A stretch of 32,000 nucleotides of DNA from an uncultured Verrucomicrobiaceae bacterium (GTDB lineage: Bacteria; Verrucomicrobiota; Verrucomicrobiia; Verrucomicrobiales; Akkermansiaceae), in NCBI GenBank assembly GCA_966696705.1, contig CBKZPU010000008.1:22859-54858 (forward strand), given 5' to 3'. The notes under the pieces are model-generated. The model made no database searches. It was not told the origin of the DNA and worked only from the letters and a program-made list of their open reading frames with translations. This document shows positions 1 through 9,607 of this stretch, one piece after another. Both the position numbers and the translations under genes were made by a program. Within the stretch, counting starts at the first letter, position 1; every line of letters starts with the position of its first letter.

Positions 1-860
1 ACTTCGGGCTCGCGAAGCGCGGGATGCTAATGCTGTGCAAGACGGCAAAGGGCCTCGACGAGGAAGCGGCGGTTGGCGCGGCCGCGCGCGAGATCGGGAT
101 TGAAGCCGAAGTGCTCGATGCTGCCGCCACCGCGCGGCTTGACCCGGACATCACGATGGACGTGACCGGATCGGTACATTTCCCGCAGGACTGCCATCTC
201 GATCCGGCGCGGTTCATGGCAGCGATGCGCCGCCGCGTGCTCGCGCTCGGCGGGGAAATCCACAGCGGCGTGGAAATCGATACGATCAAGTCTCGCGACG
301 GGAAAGTGACCGCGCTCAGCGGGGGCGGGCAGCGCTTTGAGGGCGACCAGTTTGTCCTCGCTTGCGGATCGTGGAGTGCCGGACTGCTGCGGCAGGCCGG
401 CCTCAAGCTGCCGCTTCAAGCCGGCAAGGGCTACTCGCTCACGCTGCCGAATCCGCCGGAATTGCCACAGCATTGCTCCATCTTCGTTGAGGCAAAGGTC
501 GCGATCACGCCGATGGGCAGCAGCCTGCGCTTCGCCGGCACGATGGAAGTCGGCGGGCTGGACCTGAGCATCGATCCAGCGCGGGTGCGCGGCATCGTGA
601 AGTCGGTGCACGGCTATTTCCCGAAGTTCTCCGAGCGCGACTTCGAAGGCGTGAAGCCTTGGGCGGGACTGCGTCCGGTGTCACCGGATGGCTTGCCTTA
701 TGTGGGCCCGGTGCCGCATTTCCCGAATCTGATCGTCGCCACCGGTCATGCGATGATGGGGCTGAGCCTTGGTCCCGTGACGGGACGACTCGTGGCCGAC
801 ATGCTGACCTGTGAGAGACCATTCCGCCCGGTCGAGCAGATGGCGGCGGGACGGTTCTAA
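1..860 (+). CDS. FAD-dependent oxidoreductase, D-amino-acid dehydrogenase (DadA/DAO family)-like; 5'-truncated by window edge
   Basis: The reading frame is open from nt 3 to the stop at 858-860 (track ORF 24..860). It carries DAO-family C-terminal signatures WAGLRPVSPDGLPYVGP and ATGHAMMGLSLGPVTG. Overlapping ORFs on other frames are R/P/S-rich shadows. Confidence 0.8.
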   Translation, partial: FGLAKRGMLMLCKTAKGLDEEAAVGAAAREIGIEAEVLDAAATARLDPDITMDVTGSVHFPQDCHLDPARFMAAMRRRVLALGGEIHSGVEIDTIKSRDGKVTALSGGGQRFEGDQFVLACGSWSAGLLRQAGLKLPLQAGKGYSLTLPNPPELPQHCSIFVEAKVAITPMGSSLRFAGTMEVGGLDLSIDPARVRGIVKSVHGYFPKFSERDFEGVKPWAGLRPVSPDGLPYVGPVPHFPNLIVATGHAMMGLSLGPVTGRLVADMLTCERPFRPVEQMAAGRF

Positions 861-947
861 CCGGAAGCGCGGAATTCATTCCGCTGGATGACCAGTTCGC
901 AGGACTTGCGAAGCGGGATAAATCCCTCGCTCCCGGTAAAAGAAAAA

Positions 948-968
948 GCCGGGGTGTTTCTCCCCGGC
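948..968 (-). terminator. Rho-independent terminator hairpin downstream of secA, between convergent genes
   Basis: GCCGGGG (948-954), loop TGTTTCT, CCCCGGC (962-968). On the minus strand the stem is followed by TTTTTCTTTT. It lies 27 nt after the secA stop. The plus-strand side is only followed by TTCTTC. Confidence 0.65.
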
Positions 969-994
969 TTCTTCGTGATCATTGCTCGGACGGC

Positions 995-3900
995 TCAGGC
1001 TTCCTTGCCGCAGCACTGCTTGAATTTCTTGCCGGAACCGCAAGGGCAGGGGGCGTTGCGGTTCGGCTCGCTCGATCCGCCGATGTTGAAGCTCGGCGGG
1101 CGACGCTTGGGCAGGTTGATCTTGATCTCGCCGGTGTCGCTCTCCTGAAGCAGCGCGGGGCCGCGGGTGCCCGGTTCCTCGCCGCCATGAAGCTGCTGCG
1201 GCACGCCGTGAAGCTGGCGCAGGATGGCTTCGAGGTTGCCGGCGGAGCGGAAGAGATTCTGCAGCGCCTCCTGCTCGATGTTCGACATCAAGGTCTGGAA
1301 GAGCTCGTAGGCTTCCACCTTGTATTCGACCAGCGGGTCCTTCTGTCCTTGGGCGCGGAGGTGAACGCCTTCGCGCAGGGCGTCCATGTTGTAAAGGTGC
1401 GCCTGCCACTGGCGGTCGATCGCCGCGAGCATCATGCGGCGCTCTTCCATTTCGAGGATCTCCGGCGGGAGTCCGTCAACGCGGTGGGAATAGGCTTCCT
1501 TCACGCGGCTCACCAGCGAGTTCGAAATGTCCTCGGCGGTCTTCGTGGTGGCCTCCAAATCCTCGGCGGTGAAGCGGATCGGCAGGGTGGTGTTGACCCA
1601 GTGGAGCAGCTCGTTGTAGTCGGGATTCGCCTCGTCGCGATCGGCGAGGAAACCTTCCACCTTCTGCGGGATGACCTTTTCGATGATCTCGTTGACCAAG
1701 TCGCGCGGCTCCTCGGTGGTGAGCACTTCGTTGCGATAGCCATAGACGACCTCGCGCTGCTTGTTCATCACGTCGTCGAATTCGAGGACGCGCTTGCGCC
1801 ACGTGTAGTTGCGCTGTTCGACACGCTTCTGGGCGGTCTCGACCGACTTGTTCAGCCAAGCGTGTTCGAGGGCCTCGCCTTCCTGCATGCCGAAGCGTTC
1901 CATCATGGAGGTCATGCGGTCGGCGGCGGCGAAGTTGCGCATCAGGTCATCTTCGAAGGAGATGTAGAACTGGCTGAGGCCCGGGTCGCCCTGGCGGGCG
2001 CAACGGCCGCGGAGCTGGCGATCCACGCGGCGCGACTCGTAGCGCTCGGTGCCGATGACGAACAGGCCGCCGAGGTCGGCGACGCCTTCGCCGAGCTTGA
2101 TGTCGGTGCCGCGGCCCGCCATGTTGGTGGAAATGGTCACCGCGCCGCGCTGGCCGGCGTTGGCGACGATCTCGGCTTCCTGCATGTGGAACTTCGCGTT
2201 CAGCACGGTGTGCGGGATCTTGCTGCGCTTGAGCATGCGCGAAACGGTTTCCGAGGCTTCGACCGACGCCGTGCCGACGAGCACCGGTTGGCCCTTGGCA
2301 TGGGCGTCCTCGATCTTCTTGATGACCGCGTTGTACTTCTCGCGGCGGGTCTTGAAGACCTGGTCGTTCTCGTCCTTGCGCTGGTTCGGCCGGTTGGTCG
2401 GGATCGGCAGCACGTCGAGCTTGTAGATGTCGGAGAACTCGGCCGCTTCGGTTTCCGCGGTGCCGGTCATGCCCGCCAGTTTCTCGTAAAGACGGAAGTA
2501 GTTCTGGATCGTGATGGTGGCGAAGGTCTGGGTCTCCTTCTCGATGGCGACGCCTTCCTTGGCTTCGACGGCCTGGTGCAGGCCATCCGACCAGCGGCGG
2601 CCTGCCATCTTGCGGCCGGTGTTCTCGTCAACGATCACGACCTTGCCTTCCTCGACCACATACTGGACGTCCTTTTCATAGACGCAGTAGGCCTTCAGGA
2701 GTTGGGAGATATTGTGCATCTTCTCCGCCTGCGAATCGAGCTTCTGCTGGGCCGCTTCCTTGCGGGCGACCCGCTCTTCATCGGTAAGCGAGGCATCGGT
2801 CTCGATGTCGGCGAAGAGGGTGCCGATGTCGGGCAGCACGAACGCTTCCGGATCACCGGGCGAGAGGAACTCGCGGCCCTTTTCCATCAGGTCGGAGTCG
2901 TGGCTCTTCTCGTCGATGGTGAAATAGAGTTCTTCCTTCAGCGCGAAGAGTTCCTTCTTCTGGGCGTCCTGATAGAAGGAAAGCTCGGTCTTTTCGATCA
3001 GGCGGCGCATGTCCGGCTCCTGCATCATGCGCATGAGCTGGCGGTTGCGCGGCTGGCCGAGCTTCACCTTGAAGAGCGCACGTCCGGCGGTCTCCAGGTC
3101 ACCGGCTTCCTGCGCCTTCTTCGCCTCGGCCATGAGCTCGTTGCAAAGCACGGTCTGCGCTTTGACGATCTGCTCGACCAGCGGCTTGTACTTGTCGAAC
3201 TGGTGGCTCGAGACCGACGACGGACCGGAAATGATCAGCGGCGTGCGCGCTTCGTCGATGAGGATCGAGTCCACTTCGTCGATGATCGCGAAGTAGTGGC
3301 CGTGCTGGACCTGCTCGTCCTTGGTGGACGCCATGCCGTTGTCGCGCAGGTAGTCGAAGCCGAACTCCGAGTTGGTGCCGTAGGTGATGTCGCAGCCGTA
3401 GTGCTCGCGACGGTCCCACGGCGGCATCTGGTTCTGGATGCAGCCGACGGTCAGGCCGAGGAACTTGAAGAGCGAGCCCATCCACTCCGAGTCGCGGCGG
3501 GCGAGATAGTCATTGACCGTGATGACGTGGACGCCGAGGCCGGTCAGCGCGTTCAAATAGACAGGCAGGGTGGCGACGAGGGTCTTGCCTTCACCCGTCA
3601 TCATTTCCGCGATCATCCCGCGGTGCAGGGCGATGCCACCGACGAGCTGGGTGTCGAAATGGACCATCTCCCACTTCAGCGGCTGGTCACAGACGCTGAT
3701 GGTGCTGCCGCACATGCGGCGGGCGCCGTTTTTCACCACGGCGTAGGCCTCGGGCAGGATCTTCTCGAGGTAAGTGGCGCGGAGCTTGATGAACTCCGGT
3801 TCGACCTCGTGAAAGGCGGTCTTGGCGGCTTCGATCGACTCGGCATTGGCCTCGACCTTCGCCGGCAGGTTCGGGAAATCGTCACGCAGGCGCTGGAGCC

Positions 3901-4156
3901 GGCCATTCATGTAGGCGGCGGCTTCGGCCAAGCCGTCGGCGTCCATGCGCTGGAGCTGCGGCTTGGTGGCGACCTTCAGCTCGTGGTAGCGGGACAAGTA
4001 GTCCTGCCACTTGGCGGTCATTTCACGGAGCTTTTCCTCGGGCTCCCGTTGCAGGGCCTCCTCGATTTCCTTGATGCGCTCGACGGTCGGGCGGATCCGG
4101 CGCAGTTCGCGCTGGTTCTTCGAGCCGACGATTTTCTGGAGGATCCACTTGATCAT
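995..4156 (-). CDS. secA: Preprotein translocase ATPase SecA (1053 aa)
   Basis: ATG at 4154-4156. DEAD-motor motifs are present (MMTGEGKTLVATLP, IDEVDSILIDEARTPLIISG, TNMAGRGTDIKLG), and the C-terminal zinc finger is CPCGSGKKFKQCCG. The long PPXD region accounts for the extra length. Confidence 0.97.
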   Translation of the reverse strand: MIKWILQKIVGSKNQRELRRIRPTVERIKEIEEALQREPEEKLREMTAKWQDYLSRYHELKVATKPQLQRMDADGLAEAAAYMNGRLQRLRDDFPNLPAKVEANAESIEAAKTAFHEVEPEFIKLRATYLEKILPEAYAVVKNGARRMCGSTISVCDQPLKWEMVHFDTQLVGGIALHRGMIAEMMTGEGKTLVATLPVYLNALTGLGVHVITVNDYLARRDSEWMGSLFKFLGLTVGCIQNQMPPWDRREHYGCDITYGTNSEFGFDYLRDNGMASTKDEQVQHGHYFAIIDEVDSILIDEARTPLIISGPSSVSSHQFDKYKPLVEQIVKAQTVLCNELMAEAKKAQEAGDLETAGRALFKVKLGQPRNRQLMRMMQEPDMRRLIEKTELSFYQDAQKKELFALKEELYFTIDEKSHDSDLMEKGREFLSPGDPEAFVLPDIGTLFADIETDASLTDEERVARKEAAQQKLDSQAEKMHNISQLLKAYCVYEKDVQYVVEEGKVVIVDENTGRKMAGRRWSDGLHQAVEAKEGVAIEKETQTFATITIQNYFRLYEKLAGMTGTAETEAAEFSDIYKLDVLPIPTNRPNQRKDENDQVFKTRREKYNAVIKKIEDAHAKGQPVLVGTASVEASETVSRMLKRSKIPHTVLNAKFHMQEAEIVANAGQRGAVTISTNMAGRGTDIKLGEGVADLGGLFVIGTERYESRRVDRQLRGRCARQGDPGLSQFYISFEDDLMRNFAAADRMTSMMERFGMQEGEALEHAWLNKSVETAQKRVEQRNYTWRKRVLEFDDVMNKQREVVYGYRNEVLTTEEPRDLVNEIIEKVIPQKVEGFLADRDEANPDYNELLHWVNTTLPIRFTAEDLEATTKTAEDISNSLVSRVKEAYSHRVDGLPPEILEMEERRMMLAAIDRQWQAHLYNMDALREGVHLRAQGQKDPLVEYKVEAYELFQTLMSNIEQEALQNLFRSAGNLEAILRQLHGVPQQLHGGEEPGTRGPALLQESDTGEIKINLPKRRPPSFNIGGSSEPNRNAPCPCGSGKKFKQCCGKEA

Positions 4157-4306
4157 TTGAAGGGAAGGTGAGGAGCCGGGTTGCTGCCGGGGCGCACGCC
4201 ATACACTTGGAAATGGCGGGGTGCAAGCGGCACGGCGGACGGGACTTGCGCCGGTTTGTAGGATTGCCAGGGCTTTTCCCTGCGCCGCCGCGGAGTCGGT
4301 CGCTGG

Positions 4307-5095
4307 TCAGATCTTCATCGCGTTGAAACCGCCGTCCACGACCATTTCGGTGCCGGTGATGAAAGCGCCGGCCTTGTTCGAGGCGAGCAGCAGGGTCGCG
4401 CCGATCAGGTCGTCGGGCGAACCGAAGCGGCTCATCGGCGTCTGGCGCAGGATGTCGAGCACGCGGCTTTCATCCAGCACCTTGCGGTTTTGCTCGGCGG
4501 GGAAGAAGCCGGGGACCAGCGTGTTGACGCGGATCGAATACTCGGCCCACTCGCGGGCGAGGTTCTTGGAAAGGTTGTGCACCGCCGCCTTGCTCGCGGA
4601 GTAGGTGAAGACCCGGGAAAGGGGCACCAAGGCCGACATCGAGCCGAGGTTGATGATCGAGGCCGGGATGCCCTCGTCGATGAAGTATTTGCCGAAGACC
4701 TGGCAGGCGCGGAACACCGCGGTCACGTTGGTGTCCATGATGCGCTGGAATTCCTCCTCTTGGATTTCCAGGAAGGGGGTGGGGGAGTTGATGCCCGCAC
4801 CGTTGACCAGGATATCGACCTTGCCGGAGCGCTCGACGACCTGCTGGACCAACTCCTGGAGGGACTCGCGGGAGGTCACGTCGGCCGGCATGAAATAGCC
4901 CGAGCCGCCGAATTCCTCGATTTCGGCGAGGTTGCGCTCGGCCTTTTCGCGGATGCGGCCGACCAGCACGACTTCCGCGCCGGCGTGGGCCAAGCCTTGC
5001 GCCATGCAGCCGCAGAGCTCTCCGGTGCCCCCGATGACGACAGCGACTTGCCCCTCGAGGCCGAACAGATCTTTGAAATAGGCAGCGGTTTGCAT
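4307..5095 (-). CDS. SDR-family oxidoreductase (gluconate-5-dehydrogenase / mannonate-oxidoreductase-like)
   Basis: Rossmann motif [17 protein letters not shown] motif, catalytic YSASK. The track ORF extends to a TTG at 5164, but ATG 5093-5095 (MQTAAYF...) gives a typical SDR N-terminus, so the start is uncertain. Confidence 0.85.
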   Translation of the reverse strand: MQTAAYFKDLFGLEGQVAVVIGGTGELCGCMAQGLAHAGAEVVLVGRIREKAERNLAEIEEFGGSGYFMPADVTSRESLQELVQQVVERSGKVDILVNGAGINSPTPFLEIQEEEFQRIMDTNVTAVFRACQVFGKYFIDEGIPASIINLGSMSALVPLSRVFTYSASKAAVHNLSKNLAREWAEYSIRVNTLVPGFFPAEQNRKVLDESRVLDILRQTPMSRFGSPDDLIGATLLLASNKAGAFITGTEMVVDGGFNAMKI

Positions 5096-5160
5096 CGCCG
5101 GGAGGTTCTTCACCTCACCGCGCCCCGGCAAGCGGAATGAGCGCGGATGACGGGGCCGTT

Positions 5161-6000
5161 TCAAGCCCCGTTTTTCCGTCGCGCCGCGCCGAAGATCCCG
5201 TATTTCGGCGCAAACAGCAGCGACCCGGCAAACACCAGCGCTTGGGTCAGCACGATGCAGGCGCCGGTGGCACCGTCGAGGTGGTAGCTGAGGAAAATCC
5301 CGGTCGCGGTCGAGCCAACCGCCGAGGCGATGGCGATCAGCAGCATCCGGTCAAAGCGGTCGGTCCACAGGTGGGCGATGCAGCCGGGCGTGACCAGCAT
5401 CGCCACCACCAGGATGATGCCGACGGCCTTCAACGCGACCACGATCGCCAGCGACAGCAGGCACAGCAGCAGGTAGCTCAAGAATCGCTCCCGCAGGCCG
5501 AGTACCCGCGCTTGGGCGGGATCGAAGCAGACCAGCAGCAAATCCCGCCGCAGCACGGCGACCGCCGCGATGATCCCGCCGCCGAGCAGGAAGCTTTCCA
5601 GCCGCTGCCCGCGGGTGATGCCGAGGATGTTTCCGAACAGGATGTGGTCGAGGTGCAAGTCGGAGGTGGTCCGGCTGAACAGCACGAGTCCGAAGGCGAA
5701 CAGTCCGGTGAAGACCACGCCCATCACCGTGTCCTCCTTGATCCGGCTGTTTTGCTTGATGAACCCGGTGCCCACCGCGCACAGCAGCCCGGACGCGAAG
5801 GCGCCGAAGGCCAGCGACAGGCCGGCCAGATACGCCAGCACGATGCCCGGCAGCACGGCGTGCGAAATGGCGTCGCCCATCAGCGACCAGCCTTTCAGGA
5901 TGAGAAAGCACGATAGCATCGCGCACATCGCCGCGATCACGCTGCCGACCAGCAGCGCGTCCTGCATGAAGGTGAAGCGCAGCGGCTCAAACAGGTCCAT
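5161..6000 (-). CDS. Metal (Mn/Fe/Zn-type, cluster A-I) ABC transporter permease, second copy
   Basis: 279 aa polytopic membrane protein paralogous to the upstream permease (shared GWSLMGDA(I/L)SHAV(L/V)PG motif typical of MntC/D, SitC/D, TroC/D, ZnuB). ATG at 6000 overlaps the upstream stop by 14 nt. Confidence 0.9.
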   Translation of the reverse strand: MDLFEPLRFTFMQDALLVGSVIAAMCAMLSCFLILKGWSLMGDAISHAVLPGIVLAYLAGLSLAFGAFASGLLCAVGTGFIKQNSRIKEDTVMGVVFTGLFAFGLVLFSRTTSDLHLDHILFGNILGITRGQRLESFLLGGGIIAAVAVLRRDLLLVCFDPAQARVLGLRERFLSYLLLCLLSLAIVVALKAVGIILVVAMLVTPGCIAHLWTDRFDRMLLIAIASAVGSTATGIFLSYHLDGATGACIVLTQALVFAGSLLFAPKYGIFGAARRKNGA

Positions 6001-6853
6001 CGGCGTGAGCGGTTTGTTTGGCCCGGCGCTTGGCGGCGAGCAGGCCGTGTTTCGGGGCGAACACGAAGGCGGCGAGGAAGACCAGCGTTTGCAAGGTCAC
6101 GATGCAGCCGCCGGTGGAGCCGTTGAAGTAGTAGCTCGCATAGGCTCCGATCATGGAGGTGCCCGCGCCCATCAGCGAGGAAACCCGCAGCATGGTGCCG
6201 AAGCGGTCGGTCAGCAGGTAGGCCGTCGCGCCGGGGGTGACCAGCATCGCGACCACCAGGCAGGCGCCGACGGTTTGCAAGGCGGCCACCGCGGTGGCGG
6301 ACAGGAGGGTGAGCAGCAGCAGGTGCAGCCGCCGCACGGGCAGACCCAGCGTTCGTGCCTGATTGGGGTCGAAGCAGAAGAGCATCAGGTCCTTCCATTT
6401 CAGGCCCAGCACCACCAGCGTGATCGCGCTGATGATGATGACTTGGAGGATGTCCGGGTCGGAAATACCGAGGATGTTTCCGAAGACGATCGTCTTCAGA
6501 TCGACCCGCGCCGGGAAGATCGAGATCAGCAGCAGCCCGAGCGCGAAGAAGGTCGTGAAGACGATGCCGATGGTCGCGTCCTCGCGGATCCGGCTTTGGG
6601 TCTTCACGAAGGCCATCGCCCCCGCCGCCAGCAGGCCGGCGACAAAGGCCCCGAGTGCAAACGGCAGCCCGGACATGTAAGCCAGCGCCACGCCCGGCAC
6701 GACCGCATGGGAAAGCGCGTCACCCATCAGCGACCAGCCCTTCAGCGTGACGAACGACGAAAGGAACCCGCACACCCCGCCGATCAGCGCGCTGACCCAG
6801 ATGGCGCGCAGCATGTAGTCGTAGTGCAGGGGAGTGAGGAGATCGGCGATCAC
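5987..6853 (-). CDS. Metal (Mn/Fe/Zn-type) ABC transporter permease, first copy
   Basis: 288 aa polytopic membrane protein with the motif [19 protein letters not shown]. Its GTG start (6851-6853) overlaps the ATPase stop TGA (6850-6852) as GTGA, consistent with translational coupling. Confidence 0.9.
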   Translation of the reverse strand: MIADLLTPLHYDYMLRAIWVSALIGGVCGFLSSFVTLKGWSLMGDALSHAVVPGVALAYMSGLPFALGAFVAGLLAAGAMAFVKTQSRIREDATIGIVFTTFFALGLLLISIFPARVDLKTIVFGNILGISDPDILQVIIISAITLVVLGLKWKDLMLFCFDPNQARTLGLPVRRLHLLLLTLLSATAVAALQTVGACLVVAMLVTPGATAYLLTDRFGTMLRVSSLMGAGTSMIGAYASYYFNGSTGGCIVTLQTLVFLAAFVFAPKHGLLAAKRRAKQTAHADGPV

Positions 6854-7743
6854 TGTTCTTCTTCCTCCCGCTGCTTGACCAGTTCCTCTCGGCCCTCGCG
6901 GTTGGTGTATTCAAGATGGCCGTCCTTGCCGAATACCAGCGGCCGCTCGTCGTCGGTAAGCACGCGCACCGCGCGGCCGTCGTGGTCCTGGATGGTCGAT
7001 TCCTCGAAGTGGAATTGCCGGAGCACGCCGCCGAAGGCTTTTGTCAGGTTCCGCTCGGTGAACACGTCGGCGGTCGCGCCGTAGGCGAGCACCGTCTTGT
7101 TGATCAGCACCACCTGGTCGCAGAATTCCGGCACGCTGCCGAGGTTGTGGGTGGAAACGAGGATGATGCAGCCCGCCTCGCGCAGTTCGCGGAGAAGCGC
7201 GATGATCGCTTCCTCGGTCTTCACGTCCACGCCGGTGAACGGCTCGTCCAACAGCACGATCCGCGCCCCTTGGGCGAGCGCACGGGCAAGGAAGACACGC
7301 TTCTTTTGCCCGCCGCTCAGCTCGCCGATCTGGCGGTCGCGGAAGTCCCACATCGACACCCGGCGCAGGCTTTCCTCCACCGCGGCCCGGTCCGCGGAAC
7401 CGGGGATGCGCAGGAAATTCATCGCGCCATAGCGGCCCATCATCGCCACGTCGCGGACATCGACCGGGAACTGCCAATCGACCTCCTCCGACTGCGGCAC
7501 GTAGGCGACCAGGTTTTCCCTGAGCGCCTCGCGCACCGGCCGGCCATTGATGCGCACCGCACCATGGTCCGGCCGGATGAAGCCCATGATGCTCTTGAAG
7601 AGCGTCGATTTCCCGCTGCCATTCACCCCGACCAGGGCGCAGATGGTGCCGCCCTTGAGGTGAAAGGTCGCGTCGCGGAGCGCCCGGTGGCCATTCGAGT
7701 AGGCCACCGAAACGGATTCGACATCGAGGGTCAGCGGTTTCAC
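6850..7743 (-). CDS. Metal ABC transporter ATP-binding protein
   Basis: Walker [10 protein letters not shown], signature [15 protein letters not shown], Walker [16 protein letters not shown] start at 7743. The acidic C-terminal extension resembles SitB/MntB-type ATPases. Confidence 0.93.
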   Translation of the reverse strand: MKPLTLDVESVSVAYSNGHRALRDATFHLKGGTICALVGVNGSGKSTLFKSIMGFIRPDHGAVRINGRPVREALRENLVAYVPQSEEVDWQFPVDVRDVAMMGRYGAMNFLRIPGSADRAAVEESLRRVSMWDFRDRQIGELSGGQKKRVFLARALAQGARIVLLDEPFTGVDVKTEEAIIALLRELREAGCIILVSTHNLGSVPEFCDQVVLINKTVLAYGATADVFTERNLTKAFGGVLRQFHFEESTIQDHDGRAVRVLTDDERPLVFGKDGHLEYTNREGREELVKQREEEEQ

Positions 7744-7794
7744 GGGAGAATATCGTGGATGGGCTTGCGGTGGGACGCCGCGGCCACGGTCAGG

Positions 7795-8745
7795 TCATGG
7801 ATGGAAGCCTTTCACAATCGTGTCGGCATTCGCCTCCAGCAACTTCAGATAGCTGGGCGCCGGGCCGGACTCGTCGGTCAGCGAATCGACATACAGCACG
7901 CCCCCGTAGTGAGCACCGGTTTCCTTGCACACTTGCCGGGCCGGCTTGTCGCTCACCGTGCTTTCGGAAAAGACCACCGGGATCTTGTTGGAGCGGACGC
8001 CATCGATGACTTTCTGCACCTGCTGCGGCGTGCCCTGCGCGTCGGCATTGATCGGCCACAGGTAGAGCTGCTTCAGGCCGTAGTTGGCGCAGAGATAAGA
8101 AAAGGCGCCCTCGCTGCTGACGAGCCAGCGCTGGTGTTCCGGAATGGAGGACAGCTTCTGTCGCACCGGCTCATCCAGCGCCTTGATCTTGGCGGTGTAG
8201 GCGGCGGCGTTGGCATTGTAAGTCGCCTCGTTGGCCGGATCCATTTTCACCAACGCCTTGCGGATGTTCTCCACGTAGATCGCGGCATTGGAGGGCGACA
8301 TCCAGGCGTGCGGGTTGGGCTTGCCGGTGTAGGGACCTTCGGTGATGCCCATCGGCTGGATGCCTTCGGTCAGCACAGCGCTCGGCACGTCCTTCACGTT
8401 CTGGAAGAATTTCTCGAACCACAGCTCGAGGTTCATGCCATTCCACAGCACCAGATCCGCGCCTTGGGCCTTCACGATGTCCTTTGGCGTCGGCTCGTAG
8501 CCGTGGATCTCCGAACCGGGCTTGGTGATGGATTCGACCTCGGCGGCATCGCCGGCGACCTCGCGGGCCATGTCGGCGATGATGGTGAAGCTGGTGACCA
8601 CTTTCTTTTTCCCGCCGGACGAGGCGGCGGGTTTCGGCGGATTGCAGCCGACGAGAAGGGCGGCCCCCATAGCGAGGGCGAGCACGGCGCGGCGCTTCAT
8701 GAAGCCGGAAGTCACGGCGGGAGCTTGGAGGTAGGGTGTGTTCAT
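7795..8745 (-). CDS. Metal ABC transporter substrate-binding lipoprotein, Mn/Fe-type (PsaA/MntC/SitA-like)
   Basis: Candidate metal-ligand contexts are IHGYEPTP (His), NPHAWMSP (His), SSEGAFSY (Glu) and YVDSLT (Asp), with no His-rich Zn loop. The lipoprotein signal MKRRAVLALAMGAALLVGC starts at the alternative ATG 8700, whereas the longest ORF starts at ATG 8745. Confidence 0.9.
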   Translation of the reverse strand: MNTPYLQAPAVTSGFMKRRAVLALAMGAALLVGCNPPKPAASSGGKKKVVTSFTIIADMAREVAGDAAEVESITKPGSEIHGYEPTPKDIVKAQGADLVLWNGMNLELWFEKFFQNVKDVPSAVLTEGIQPMGITEGPYTGKPNPHAWMSPSNAAIYVENIRKALVKMDPANEATYNANAAAYTAKIKALDEPVRQKLSSIPEHQRWLVSSEGAFSYLCANYGLKQLYLWPINADAQGTPQQVQKVIDGVRSNKIPVVFSESTVSDKPARQVCKETGAHYGGVLYVDSLTDESGPAPSYLKLLEANADTIVKGFHP

Positions 8746-8759
8746 CGCAACGTAGAATC

Positions 8760-8773
8760 TTAGAAGAGGCTAA
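8760..8773 (-). promoter_or_regulatory. AT-rich box TTAGAAGAGGCTAA (half-degenerate copy of the 9549-9562 palindrome) upstream of the SBP gene; putative metalloregulator operator
   Basis: On the coding strand it shares AATTTAGCCTC..CTAA with the box upstream of the OMP gene. It sits 15-28 nt upstream of ATG 8745 (about 60 nt upstream of ATG 8700) and stands out as AT-rich in a GC-rich background. Confidence 0.4.
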
Positions 8774-8781
8774 ATTCCAGG

Positions 8782-9537
8782 TTAAAACTTTTTGCTCACG
8801 CCGAGAAACGGGGTCACGTCCGCCGATGCATCGGTCAGGCCAAAGCGCAAACCACCGTCGAGCTGGGTGGTATCGTCCAGCGCGTAGGTGCAGCCGGTGT
8901 TGAAATAGGCCTCGGTGTGGTCGTCGGAATCGGCGCTGAAAATGCCGACCAGCTCGAAGAAGGCAGAAAGCTCGTCAGTGACCGGCTGGCAGATGGTGGC
9001 GGAATTTACCGAGACGGCGTGATAGCCGCTGCCATCGCCGTCTTCCGCGAAGTCGAGCTGGGTCATCACCGCGCAAGTGAATTGGCCCGGGCCGTCGAAG
9101 CTGAAGGGGACGATGATGCCGCCTTCCAGCTTGCCGTTGCCGAGGTCGCTGTTGGCGGTGGGCAATTTGAGGTAGGGCATCACGGCAAAGGCGGTCCCTT
9201 CGCTGTCATTGCCCCACAGGTTGCGCTTCAGGCGGACCTCGATGTCGCCGAAGCCTTCCGCACCGCTGTCCTCGTGGGTGTAGAAGGGGATCACGACTTG
9301 CAGGTCGGTGGAGGCGTTGAGGCCGTATTTGGCATTCAGTTCGCCAAGCGTAACGCTGTCGTCGTCGCCATCGCGGGTCCACGCCACGGCTTCCATCTCG
9401 AATTGGAAATGCCCGGCATCGACGGTGTAGGCGCTTTCGGTGGTATCAGGGCGGTCGGTGCTGAGCGGCCGGAGTTCCTGTGCGGCGAGCGGCGAACAGC
9501 AGGCGAGCAGGAGCAGGCGGTGGATTGAGTTAGTCAT
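8782..9537 (-). CDS. Outer-membrane beta-barrel protein, MetA-pathway-of-phenol-degradation (PF13557)-like transporter family
   Basis: Signal peptide MTNSIHRLLLLACCSPLAAQ, then the family-typical LSTDRPDTTESAYTVDAGHFQFE. The sequence has an alternating beta-strand pattern and a terminal aromatic residue (…GVSKKF). Confidence 0.8.
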   Translation of the reverse strand: MTNSIHRLLLLACCSPLAAQELRPLSTDRPDTTESAYTVDAGHFQFEMEAVAWTRDGDDDSVTLGELNAKYGLNASTDLQVVIPFYTHEDSGAEGFGDIEVRLKRNLWGNDSEGTAFAVMPYLKLPTANSDLGNGKLEGGIIVPFSFDGPGQFTCAVMTQLDFAEDGDGSGYHAVSVNSATICQPVTDELSAFFELVGIFSADSDDHTEAYFNTGCTYALDDTTQLDGGLRFGLTDASADVTPFLGVSKKF

Positions 9538-9548
9538 CGCGGAAAAAA

Positions 9549-9562
9549 TTAGCCGAGGCTAA
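9549..9562 (-). promoter_or_regulatory. Perfect 6-2-6 palindrome TTAGCC-GA-GGCTAA upstream of the OMP gene; putative metalloregulator operator
   Basis: The reverse complement of TTAGCC is GGCTAA. The box is flanked by A/T runs and lies 12-25 nt upstream of the OMP ATG (9535-9537). A related copy lies at 8760-8773. Confidence 0.45.
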
Positions 9563-9607
9563 ATTTGCGACGCAAGCCCCAATTCCTAACAATTCTGCCG
9601 CGCCGTC

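Noticed and set aside
869-884. Palindrome GCGGAAT-TC-ATTCCGC just after the DadA-like stop codon
   Set aside because: A 2-nt loop makes a full hairpin sterically implausible, and there is no U-tract. The strong hairpin at 948-968 is the better terminator. This is probably a chance palindrome containing an EcoRI site.
1187-4171. 994-aa plus-strand ORF antisense to secA
   Set aside because: Its translation is low-complexity (L/G/A/V/D/R/H-rich) with no recognisable motif, whereas the opposite strand encodes a full-length, motif-perfect SecA. Long stop-free antisense frames are expected at this GC content.
5570-7084. 504-aa plus-strand ORF antisense to both permease genes
   Set aside because: The product is highly charged and R/P/S/Q-rich, and it overlaps two paralogous, clearly membrane-type permease ORFs on the other strand.
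6916-8763. 615-aa plus-strand ORF spanning the metal ABC ATPase and SBP genes in antisense
   Set aside because: It crosses an intergenic gap between two well-supported minus-strand genes. The translation is R/G/A/H-rich and matches no family, so it is a GC-driven shadow.
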